DNA of 64,000 nt from a virus (taxonomy: Duplodnaviria > Heunggongvirae > Uroviricota > Caudoviricetes), in IMG/VR virus record IMGVR_UViG_3300003332_000015, positions 82,576 to 146,575 of that record. The stretch is one strand, 5' to 3'. Of the stretch, positions 10,846 through 18,077 are shown in pieces. Below the pieces are notes generated by a model. That model saw nothing but the letters and a program-made list of their open reading frames with translations. It was not told where the DNA came from and searched no databases. The position numbers and the translations under genes are program-made. Each line of letters starts with the position of its first letter. Position 1 is the first letter of the stretch.

Positions 10846-11267
10846 AAAAAGTTGCAGTAGTTGGTTCTCGTACATTTAAAGATTTTAAACTCTTAGAAAA
10901 AGAAATTACTAATATAATTAAAATAAACGATATTAGTGAAATTGTTTCTGGTGGTGCTAAAGGAGCTGATAGAGTAGGTAGATCATTTGCTACTATACAT
11001 AAACTTTCTTTAAAAGAGTTTATTCCTAATTGGAAAGTAAATGGTGTTTATAACTCTCGTGCAGGATTTGAACGTAATAATCTTATTATTGAAAGAGCTG
11101 ATATTGTTTTTGCATTTTGGAATGGAGAAAGTAGAGGTACTAAAAATAGTATTGACTTAGCTAAAAAGTTAGGTAAAGAATTACATGTTATCTACTTTGA
11201 AGAAGTTTCTTATACAAAAGAAGAACTAGAAGTTTTCAAACAAAGAGATAAAATGATTGGTTTGTAA
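10842..11267 (+). CDS. DprA/SLOG-like Rossmann-fold protein
   Basis: VAVVGSRTF...SGGAKGADRVG resembles the DprA/DUF2493 nucleotide-binding motif. Confidence 0.45.
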   Translation: MKKVAVVGSRTFKDFKLLEKEITNIIKINDISEIVSGGAKGADRVGRSFATIHKLSLKEFIPNWKVNGVYNSRAGFERNNLIIERADIVFAFWNGESRGTKNSIDLAKKLGKELHVIYFEEVSYTKEELEVFKQRDKMIGL

Positions 11268-11269
11268 AT

Positions 11270-11310
11270 TTCTTTTAAAAAACTGTAAAAAAATATTATT
11301 ATATTAATAT
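11270..11310 (+). promoter_or_regulatory. phage promoter motif
   Basis: ttttaaaaaactgtaaaaaaatattattatattaat. Confidence 0.5.
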
Positions 11311-11491
11311 GGAAACTGTAACAATAGAGTTAGAAGAAAATATACTATTACAATTATGTTTATTAGCACATGAAAAAGACATTACTCTTAATGTACTTGT
11401 AAATAATATTTTAAGAGAGTATATTGAAAAACATGGGGATGATCAGGTTTCGACTAATGAGGTAAATAAAGACGACGATAATTGCATTTAA
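11309..11491 (+). CDS. small hypothetical protein
   Basis: 60-aa ORF after a promoter motif. Confidence 0.3.
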   Translation: METVTIELEENILLQLCLLAHEKDITLNVLVNNILREYIEKHGDDQVSTNEVNKDDDNCI

Positions 11492-11577
11492 ACCCGAAAG
11501 TCTTTGTAGATTAAAATCTTGTATCAAAAATTAGGACCTGGCTTCGATGCCAGCATCTCCACTAAAAGGATTATAGA

Positions 11578-11955
11578 ATGGACGAACCAAAAGTTTTACT
11601 AACATCAGCAGGAGATAGTTTTGCAATAATTAAGACATCAGCAGAAGATTTTCTTAATTCTTTTGAAACACAAGATTTAAAAGAAACTTATTTGTTTGAT
11701 AATTATTGTGCATTACTTTACTGTTATCAAAAAGATAAAGCTAGAAAATTAATGGGTGAAAAAGTTTCATATTTTGAAGAACTTGAAGAATCTGTTAATT
11801 TTTGGAGAAGTGAATTAAATAAAGCAAAAGGTAAAGTAAGTCTTTATGAAGCTGATGGTAAAGTTAAAATGATGTGGGATGATTTTGAGAAAAGGTTAAA
11901 AGGTAATGAAAGTAAAATCATTACAAAGAATTCTAGTAGTATAATTACAATTTAA
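11578..11955 (+). CDS. hypothetical protein
   Basis: ORF with RBS; ends immediately before a tRNA. Confidence 0.4.
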   Translation: MDEPKVLLTSAGDSFAIIKTSAEDFLNSFETQDLKETYLFDNYCALLYCYQKDKARKLMGEKVSYFEELEESVNFWRSELNKAKGKVSLYEADGKVKMMWDDFEKRLKGNESKIITKNSSSIITI

Positions 11956-12026
11956 GCCGTATTGGTGAAGTGGTATCATAAGAGATTTCCAATCTTCGGT
12001 CGCCAGTTCGATTCTGGCATACGGCT
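11956..12026 (+). tRNA. tRNA-Gly (UCC)
   Basis: Acceptor gccgtat/atacggc, T-arm gccag-TTCGATT-ctggc, anticodon loop uuUCCaa counted back from the T-stem; no encoded CCA. Confidence 0.75.
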
Positions 12027-12050
12027 ATATTTAAAATATAGGAGTACAAA

Positions 12051-12272
12051 ATGACAGAATGGAAAAAATATAAAAGAAGTGCAATTGCAGAAATGAGAAC
12101 ATATGAAGAGGGAGAAGTTTTAGAACATGTTTCTATTTCAGAACCTGATTTAGAGAATGGATCTCCTAAAGTAGGGGATATGATTGCACGTAATCCAAAG
12201 AATCATAATGATCAATGGCTTGTTGCAAAACAATATTTTATGGAGAATTTTGAGGACATTAAAAATGAGTAG
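12051..12272 (+). CDS. hypothetical protein
   Basis: 73-aa ORF. Confidence 0.35.
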   Translation: MTEWKKYKRSAIAEMRTYEEGEVLEHVSISEPDLENGSPKVGDMIARNPKNHNDQWLVAKQYFMENFEDIKNE

Positions 12273-12429
12273 AGCTGGTAAAAGTAAAAGTGAACATAAC
12301 AATAATGGAGAAAGAAGAAAAGGTAAAAATAATATGCCTTTAGCTCCTAGAAGTTTACGTCGAGTTGGCAAAAAGTATATGTCAGAGTGTACTGATGCAC
12401 AACTTAAAAAGGCTCAAGTAGAAAAATAA
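12265..12429 (+). CDS. small basic protein (Lys/Arg-rich)
   Basis: ATG at 12265 within the 12184..12429 ORF; highly basic. Confidence 0.3.
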   Translation: MSRAGKSKSEHNNNGERRKGKNNMPLAPRSLRRVGKKYMSECTDAQLKKAQVEK

Positions 12430-12435
12430 ATTTTA

Positions 12436-12541
12436 GCAGGTTAGTGTAAAGGTAACACGGGAGTCTCATTAATATTATATGGTGAGTAGTATTAATAAGC
12501 TCCTGCCGAAAGGCTTCAAGGTTCGAGTCCTTGGCCTGCTA
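12436..12541 (+). tRNA. type-II (long variable arm) tRNA-like gene with a ~27-nt insertion or extension in the anticodon loop
   Basis: Acceptor gcaggtt/ggcctgc, T-arm caagg-TTCGAGT-ccttg, variable-arm hairpin gccGAAAggc, anticodon stem ggagt/gctcc enclosing a 34-nt loop. Confidence 0.55.
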
Positions 12542-12797
12542 AAGACTCTTGCAGGATAGACTTAGGTTGTGATAAGCTTTTAGGAGTGTAAGCAATAAGT
12601 CCTAATTGTAACTACTGTTCAAGATCTTAATATGCACCCTCCCAGTGCTATCTATTAAGATAGTCTAGAAGAGAGGTAGGTGGATGTCCCAACAAAGTTT
12701 CAATCCACCAAAACCCGAAAGCTACGACAGGGTATAAAAAGTGTGAAAGAGATTAGCATATGACAATGATCTTTAGTAGTTTGACGTAGCACCACAT
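12542..12797 (+). other. 256-nt non-coding segment between two insertion-bearing tRNAs
   Basis: No ORF; several hairpins (ggtggat...atccacc). Contains GTAAGCAATAAGTCCTAATTG, resembling the start box of the 13.9-kb repeat family. Confidence 0.3.
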
Positions 12798-12913
12798 TGG
12801 GAAGTAGCTCAGTGGTAGAGCAGCGGAATAGTTTTACTTTTCGCTTATAGCATAAAAAGTTCCTAACACTTATTAGGATCCGCAGGTCGTTGGTTCGAAT
12901 CCAACTTTCCCAA
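12798..12913 (+). tRNA. type-I tRNA gene interrupted by a 44-nt insertion in the anticodon loop (identity undetermined)
   Basis: Canonical acceptor (tgggaag/tttccca), D-arm tagctcagtggtagagc, anticodon stem gcgga/tccgc, T-arm gttgg-TTCGAAT-ccaac. The loop is 51 nt and contains ACTTTTCGCTT-AT-AGCATAAAAAGTTCCTAA. Confidence 0.65.
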
Positions 12914-13008
12914 AGAGGTATTTATTACATGCCTGTAAAATTTGTTTAACGTAAACAAAAGTAATTATTAAGGTGAAAGTGTCACCGAACACAAGTAGCC
13001 TTTTATAT

Positions 13009-13083
13009 GCCACATTAGCTCAGTTGGTTTAGAGCGACGCACTTGTAATGCGTAGGTCCTCCGTTCGAGTCGGTGATGTGGCT
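13009..13083 (+). tRNA. tRNA-Thr (UGU)
   Basis: Perfect acceptor gccacat/atgtggc, loop cuUGUaa, T-arm ctccg-TTCGAGT-cggtg. Confidence 0.85.
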
Positions 13084-13281
13084 TTTTTAAATTACCTAAG
13101 TAAGTGTTGAGGTGTGTTATGACAAGCACTTACCCATTTATCTTGAGTACCTAAGTGGGATAATAAAGGTAATAATAATAAGAGTTATGGCTGAAGAATT
13201 ACCATTTTTGGATATTGTGTAAGAGGTTTTACCCAGCATTTTTGTTCCAAAAGATAACAATAATAGTTATCAATTCTTATT

Positions 13282-13371
13282 TGGGGGAGTAGCTCAGCGG
13301 GTAGAGTAGCTCTTGTAAGTCATGAAATTTTTGTGATGGAGTTGGTCGGTAGTTCAAATCTATCCTTCCCC
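13282..13371 (+). tRNA. type-I tRNA gene with a ~19-nt insertion in the anticodon loop
   Basis: Acceptor gggggag/cttcccc, D-arm tagctcagcgggtagagt, T-arm ggtag-TTCAAAT-ctatc. Loop ttgtaag...ttgtgat carries canonical heptamers at both ends (GUA at 5', GUG at 3'). Confidence 0.6.
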
Positions 13372-13373
13372 AC

Positions 13374-13445
13374 TGTGGATGTAGCTCAGCGGTAGAGCGG
13401 TGGATTGTGATTCCACATGTCGGGAGTTCAAATCTCCTCATTCAC
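13374..13445 (+). tRNA. tRNA-His (GUG) with extra 5' G(-1)
   Basis: 8-bp acceptor including G-1:C73, loop uuGUGau, T-arm gggag-TTCAAAT-ctcct. Confidence 0.85.
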
Positions 13446-13597
13446 CTTAACAGCGTTCGCCTACACTGTATAAATAAGAAAGGGTCGGGGGGAGCGATAC
13501 GACGAGCGTATGCGAGAGATATTTATAAAGTATGTTCACTTGAAGGGATAACCTTAACAAAGAAAACTTTATCTTTAAATCGTAAAAGGAATATAAA

Positions 13598-13840
13598 ATG
13601 AATTTAGGTAAAAAAGGAACAGATATAATAACTGGTTTTACTGGAACAGTTGTTGGTTATGTTGAATATTTAACAGGTTGTAACCAATATTTAATTGTTC
13701 CTGAATGTCGTAAGGGTGAAACTAATAAAAAACCAAGTGGAGAATGGATAGACGATAATAGAATTAAAATTGAAAAAGGAAAAACAATTGATCTATTTAG
13801 AACTAACTCTACTGGATCAGACATTTCACCACATACATAA
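13598..13840 (+). CDS. hypothetical protein
   Basis: 80-aa ORF with RBS. Confidence 0.4.
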   Translation: MNLGKKGTDIITGFTGTVVGYVEYLTGCNQYLIVPECRKGETNKKPSGEWIDDNRIKIEKGKTIDLFRTNSTGSDISPHT

Positions 13841-13849
13841 AAATAATTT

Positions 13850-13898
13850 ATTTTTTATTTAACAAACTGTAATAATTTATTATTATATTAATGTAAGT
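13850..13898 (+). promoter_or_regulatory. phage promoter motif (full consensus TTATTATTATATTAATGTAAGT)
   Basis: Its +1 region runs directly into repeat unit 1 of the array. Confidence 0.55.
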
Positions 13899-14306
13899 AA
13901 GCAAAGGAAGTTCCTAATAATATTCAATTGGTGGAAAAACTTACTTCCCGCTTACATAATTTATTTAGTGTAAGGAAGCATAGAAGGTTCCTAAACAAAG
14001 AATTTTAATCTAAACTACCTTCCGCTTCGCTTATTATATTGTTTATTAATTGGGCATAAAGGGTTCCTATAAAAAAAATACGGAAAACATTTGATTTACC
14101 CTTCGCCCTTATTTTGTTTATTAAGGCATTGAAAGTTCCTAAATAACCTGACTTAAAATCAGGCTCAGCCGAAAGGCTAAGCTATTTACTTTCCGCCTTT
14201 ATTATATTATATAAAATGGAGCATAGGAAGTTCCTATTAAACAATCCAATCGGGAAGTAACCCTAGTGGTGAAAACCCCGATTATCAGTGTATTACTTCC
14301 CGTTTC
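13897..14306 (+). repeat. tandem array of five structured-RNA-like units
   Basis: Units at ~13897-13955, 13974-14030, 14052-14108, 14123-14199 and 14218-14306. Each has 5' stemA-N3/4-stemB-GTTCCTA, a variable core, then 3' stemB'-(C)G-stemA'. Stems covary between units (gtaagc/gcttac, gaagc/gcttc, gggc/gccc, aaggc/gcctt, ggagc/gtttc with G·U pairs). AT-rich promoter-like linkers separate units. Confidence 0.7.
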
Positions 14307-14326
14307 TAATTTTTAAGGAGATGAAA

Positions 14327-16258
14327 ATGATATCTACATTAAGACTATTCAATGGTGTAATTGTTGACGACAAAACAACTAAAGGTCGAAATGATTATGT
14401 TGAAACTGAATTTCAAAAAGAAACTATGAAGAAAGGGTATATTATAGATGAAAAAATCTATAGTACTATGTCTTTCACCGATATTGATCGACTTCATAAT
14501 GTTATTGAAACAGAAGTATTAACTTCTTATGAAAATTGGAATAATGCTTTTTATAAATCTTGGAGTAAATTAGAAACACTTTCTGATCTTGAATTACGTG
14601 TTGATCAGTTACTACATTACTTTACTACATACGGTTTTGAAGCTCTTGGAATAAATAATTCTTTTGTTTATATACCAGAAGGTACAATTGATCTTCCTGA
14701 ACTTGATAAAGATCTTTCTTTCCTTTATATAAAAGCATTAAGCTGGGAAGAAGTAAAAGGTAGACTTGACAGTCTTATTGGTTCCGGTGTTGCTATGTCT
14801 GAACAAACTCAGTTAGACATTATGGAAGTTTATGAAGAGATTGGTTTTGATGCTTCTATTTTAGAAGTTTGTAAAAATAAAGAATTAAAAACTCGTTTTT
14901 ATGAGAAGTATGACTTAGTACCAAAAAATGCAACAGAGTTTTTAAGATATGTAATTATGAAGTCAACAGGAAATTCTCTTGTAATAAAAGATAAGGCAAC
15001 AATCGAGTCTATCAAAATTGGTGGTGGTAAAAAAGAAGTATTAGACACTTTTACTAAGTATGAAAACAGCTATGGTCTAACAGAACTTGCTTCCTCTTTT
15101 TATAGATATAAACCTTTATGGTTAGCTTTTAAAAGTTACACAGGTTTAAGTCCTATGATAAATAAAATTAGAAGATTAGCAGTTAATTACCATAAACCAA
15201 TGAAGGCTGATTTACTTAATGATTTAACAGGAATGTTAAATAGAAAAGAAAATATAAGTTATCCTGAATTAAATAGGGCTCTTGACAAAGCAAATAGTTT
15301 TAGAAAAATAAGATTACTATATGCTTTACAAAATAGAAAGAGTAAAAATACTGAAGTTGTTTATAGAATAAGAAACGGTAAGTCTTATGCAACAAATAGA
15401 GTTATAAATTCTAATCTTTTAGGTGTTGCTACTGTACGTAAGATTGTATACTCTTCTTTAGTTAAAGACTTAAAAGAAAAAGTGGAGAATAAACTTGTTT
15501 ATTTATCACCTAATATTAATTATGCTCTTCCTGCAACTGAAAAACAATTTGTAGGTAATTTTCCTACAGGAACATCTGTAGCAATAGATAAAGATAAAGA
15601 TGTAATCATGGGAGTACACTGGACTAATCAACAACAGAAAAGAGTTGATCTTGATTTATCACTTATTGATATTTCAGGTAACAAGTATGGTTGGGATGGA
15701 TCTTATAGAAATAGTAATAGATCTGTAATGTTTTCAGGAGATTTTACAAATGCACCATTACCAAAAGGAGCTACAGAATTATATTACTTTAAAGGTATAC
15801 AGGATGGAAGTTACTTAGTTAATATCAATTATTATAATAGTTTATATAGTGGTGATGGAGAAGATGTTCCTTTTGATATTGTAGTAGGTGGAAGTGTTGC
15901 TAATAAATCAAATAGAGGATTTATGATTAGTCCTAATGAAATAGTAGCACAAGTTCCTTCATTTATGGGGAACGACCAACAAGTAATTGGTCTTGTTATA
16001 ATTAAAGAAGGACAAGGAACCTTTTACTTTGCTGAAGCAAAAGTTGGTGTAGGACGTACTTCAAGAGGAACTGATACTGCAATGATACATCAAAAGTTCT
16101 TAGTTAATACATTGGAAGATACTATTGACTTTGAAAAGTTATTACTGGATGCAGGAGCTCTTACTACACGAGGTAAAGAGGATAATCCTCAGGATATAGA
16201 TTTTGATTTTTCAGTTGAGTCTATATCAAAAGACTCTATTTTAGAACTTTTTTATTAA
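14327..16258 (+). CDS. large hypothetical protein (~643 aa)
   Basis: Long ORF; ATG at 14327 six nt after AAGGAG. The track ORF begins upstream at a GTG that overlaps repeat unit 5. Confidence 0.6.
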   Translation: MISTLRLFNGVIVDDKTTKGRNDYVETEFQKETMKKGYIIDEKIYSTMSFTDIDRLHNVIETEVLTSYENWNNAFYKSWSKLETLSDLELRVDQLLHYFTTYGFEALGINNSFVYIPEGTIDLPELDKDLSFLYIKALSWEEVKGRLDSLIGSGVAMSEQTQLDIMEVYEEIGFDASILEVCKNKELKTRFYEKYDLVPKNATEFLRYVIMKSTGNSLVIKDKATIESIKIGGGKKEVLDTFTKYENSYGLTELASSFYRYKPLWLAFKSYTGLSPMINKIRRLAVNYHKPMKADLLNDLTGMLNRKENISYPELNRALDKANSFRKIRLLYALQNRKSKNTEVVYRIRNGKSYATNRVINSNLLGVATVRKIVYSSLVKDLKEKVENKLVYLSPNINYALPATEKQFVGNFPTGTSVAIDKDKDVIMGVHWTNQQQKRVDLDLSLIDISGNKYGWDGSYRNSNRSVMFSGDFTNAPLPKGATELYYFKGIQDGSYLVNINYYNSLYSGDGEDVPFDIVVGGSVANKSNRGFMISPNEIVAQVPSFMGNDQQVIGLVIIKEGQGTFYFAEAKVGVGRTSRGTDTAMIHQKFLVNTLEDTIDFEKLLLDAGALTTRGKEDNPQDIDFDFSVESISKDSILELFY

Positions 16259-16315
16259 ATAATAAAGCGTCCTGGGTAAGACGCCTCAACCCCTTTAAAC
16301 TGCCTGCGGAGGACA

Positions 16316-16426
16316 AATGACTGAGAAAGAAATGTTTGAAAAATCCTTTGAAAGACCAAGTAACTATTTTATATTAAATAGTAGGAAACAGTGGGAAATA
16401 GATTCTAAATTAGGAATACTTGATTA
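16316..16426 (+). CDS. possible 36-aa micro-ORF
   Basis: ATG preceded by GGAGG in a GC-richer intergenic region; speculative. Confidence 0.15.
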
Positions 16427-16496
16427 GGTAGGTGAAAATTTAAACAATGCAGAAAAACAAAGATTTAGAGACTATTATGATTTTCCTGATACTTCT

Positions 16497-16612
16497 TATT
16501 TAATGAGATAATAGTTTACATTAAATACGATAATGTAAATAATAGTTTACATTACGGGCCGGTAACCAAGTCCGGTAAGACATCACTCTTTACATAAACA
16601 GTTACTAATACA
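16497..16612 (+). promoter_or_regulatory. candidate operator/leader: three copies of TTTACAT(T/A)A plus ccgg hairpin, then AAACAGTTACTAATACAATATG at the start codon
   Basis: tagtttacatta / taatgtaaataatagtttacatta / ctctttacataa; the final 22-mer recurs at 50649-50672 fused to another ATG. Confidence 0.4.
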
Positions 16613-16614
16613 AT

Positions 16615-17274
16615 ATGAGTATAAAAATTAAAGAAGAATGGAAGAATCAAGAAGGATTATATATTTGTCCTGTATGTCAAAAAAGATATACTAAAAATGG
16701 AATAAGTACACACATTTGGAGAATGCACGGTGAAGGTAACAATCATAAACCTTTTAAAAATAAAATAACATGGAATAAAGGTTTAACTAAAGAAACCGAT
16801 GATCGTGTTAAACAACAAGGTATTAATTTTAGTAAAGCTTTTAAAGAAGGGAAAATAAAATCTAGAAAAGGAACAAAATTATCTAAAGAAATTTGTAAAA
16901 AAATTTCAATAGGTATGCAAAAAGTAGTTAGAGATAATCCAGAATCTTATAATTCTAAGAATGTATGTGGTAGAGTAAAAAATATAGATTATAATGGATT
17001 TACTCTTAAAGGTAATTGGGAACTTTTAGTTGCTAAGTTTTTAGATTCGAAAGGGATTAAATGGACTAATATAGTTGAACCTTTTACTTATATTTGGAAA
17101 GGTAGTAAACATTTATATTTTCCTGATTTTTATCTTTTAGAAAGAGATGAATATATTGAAGTTAAAGGATATGAAAGGCCTAAAGATGTAGAAAAATGGA
17201 AGGTAGTAAGTAATTTAAGAATTATTAAACTTAAAGAAATTAATAACATTAAAAACAATTTATATTGTATATAA
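16615..17274 (+). CDS. PD-(D/E)xK-nuclease-like protein with N-terminal C2H2-type zinc finger (possible homing endonuclease)
   Basis: CPVCQ...HIWRMH zinc finger; FPDFYLLERDEYIEVKG fits a PD-(D/E)xK motif. Confidence 0.45.
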   Translation: MSIKIKEEWKNQEGLYICPVCQKRYTKNGISTHIWRMHGEGNNHKPFKNKITWNKGLTKETDDRVKQQGINFSKAFKEGKIKSRKGTKLSKEICKKISIGMQKVVRDNPESYNSKNVCGRVKNIDYNGFTLKGNWELLVAKFLDSKGIKWTNIVEPFTYIWKGSKHLYFPDFYLLERDEYIEVKGYERPKDVEKWKVVSNLRIIKLKEINNIKNNLYCI

Positions 17275-17346
17275 GGGTTTATAACTCAGGGGTAGAGTGG
17301 GTTTCTCATAAAAACTTGGTCGGTAGTTCAAATCTATCTAAACCCA
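17275..17346 (+). tRNA. tRNA-Met/Ile2 (CAU), elongator-like
   Basis: Acceptor gggttta/taaaccc, loop cuCAUaa, T-arm ggtag-TTCAAAT-ctatc. Confidence 0.85.
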
Positions 17347-17587
17347 TTTTTAAAACCTTTTAAATAAGGTGTACTAACATAATAAAGGATTATAAAAGAA
17401 ATAATGAATATTTTGAAAAGTCAAAAACAGTTTAATTTATCTCAACTCTTAGCCATCGTTTCACCTGTATGGTTTAATGATTATAGAGTAATGAGGAGAT
17501 TGTATTGACAGTGTGATTCTACATGTTAATTTTGATATACAATCCCTTATAATTTATAAAGGATTTTTTTTATGATTATTTATCATA

Positions 17588-17631
17588 AAATTTAAAAAGT
17601 TTTAAAAAATTATTATTATATAAGTGTAAGG
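17588..17631 (+). promoter_or_regulatory. phage promoter motif upstream of the tRNA cluster
   Basis: tttaaaaagttttaaaaaattattattatataagtgtaagg. Confidence 0.55.
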
Positions 17632-17659
17632 AGTATATTTTGTTTAGTGACTTTAGAAT

Positions 17660-17733
17660 GTGAAGGTAGCGTAACAGGTAACGCGCTGGACTGAAAATCC
17701 AGTAATTAGTGAGTTCAAGTCTCACCCTTCACA
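17660..17733 (+). tRNA. tRNA-Phe (GAA)
   Basis: Acceptor gtgaagg/ccttcac, loop cuGAAaa. Confidence 0.85.
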
Positions 17734-17740
17734 ATAACAT

Positions 17741-17820
17741 GCGATAGGCGCTGTCAGGGAACACAAGGAGTCTGTAAAACTCTTGCTTCGGCTTGGAAGG
17801 TTCGAGTCCTTCATGTCGCA
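17741..17820 (+). tRNA. tRNA-Tyr (GUA), type II
   Basis: Loop cuGUAaa, variable-arm hairpin gcTTCGgc, T-arm gaagg-TTCGAGT-ccttc. Confidence 0.8.
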
Positions 17821-17833
17821 TATATTAAATAAT

Positions 17834-17906
17834 GTGAGTGTACGCAAGCGGCTATGCGACTTCGTTTGGGGCGAAGGAGTCGGGTGTTCGAATCACCCCA
17901 CTCGCA
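17834..17906 (+). tRNA. tRNA-Pro (UGG)
   Basis: Acceptor gtgagtg/cactcgc, stem cttcg/cgaag, loop uuUGGgg. Confidence 0.8.
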
Positions 17907-17910
17907 TCTT

Positions 17911-17992
17911 GCCAGGGTGCTGAAATTGGTAGACAATCGGGTTTTAGAAACCCGAGCCTTCGGGTGTAAGGGTTCGAGTCCCTTTCCTGGTA
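17911..17992 (+). tRNA. tRNA-Leu (UAG), type II
   Basis: D-arm tgaaattggtagac, loop uuUAGaa, long variable arm, T-arm aaggg-TTCGAGT-ccctt. Confidence 0.85.
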
Positions 17993-18077
17993 CTACAAAA
18001 ATTTTAAAAGGAGTAATAGTATGAAGAATATAATTTATGGTCTTTAAGTAATTTAATTTATTAAGGAGACATATTTT

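Noticed and set aside
11956-12026. tRNA-Trp (CCA visible in the loop region)
   Set aside because: Counting back from the T-stem puts the 7-nt loop at uuUCCaa. The anticodon is UCC (Gly), not CCA.
12436-12541. tmRNA or group I intron at the first insertion-bearing tRNA
   Set aside because: No tmRNA tag-reading-frame or pseudoknots, and the insert (27 nt) is far too short for a group I intron; annotated as a tRNA with an expanded anticodon arm.
13905-14240. FLP/FRT-like site (GAAGTTCCTATT occurs in units 1 and 5)
   Set aside because: Only the 12-nt half-site resemblance; no inverted second half-site with 8-bp spacer. This is the conserved GTTCCTA box of the repeat family, so the match is coincidental.
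13897-14306. CRISPR array
   Set aside because: The repeated parts are not identical direct repeats. They are two-part inverted (stem-forming) boxes that covary between units, and the variable parts are flanked asymmetrically (start box differs from end box). This is not CRISPR architecture.
16259-16330. Intrinsic terminator after the 643-aa ORF (gcgtc...gacgc hairpin)
   Set aside because: The hairpin is short and is not followed by a T-run; not annotated as a terminator.
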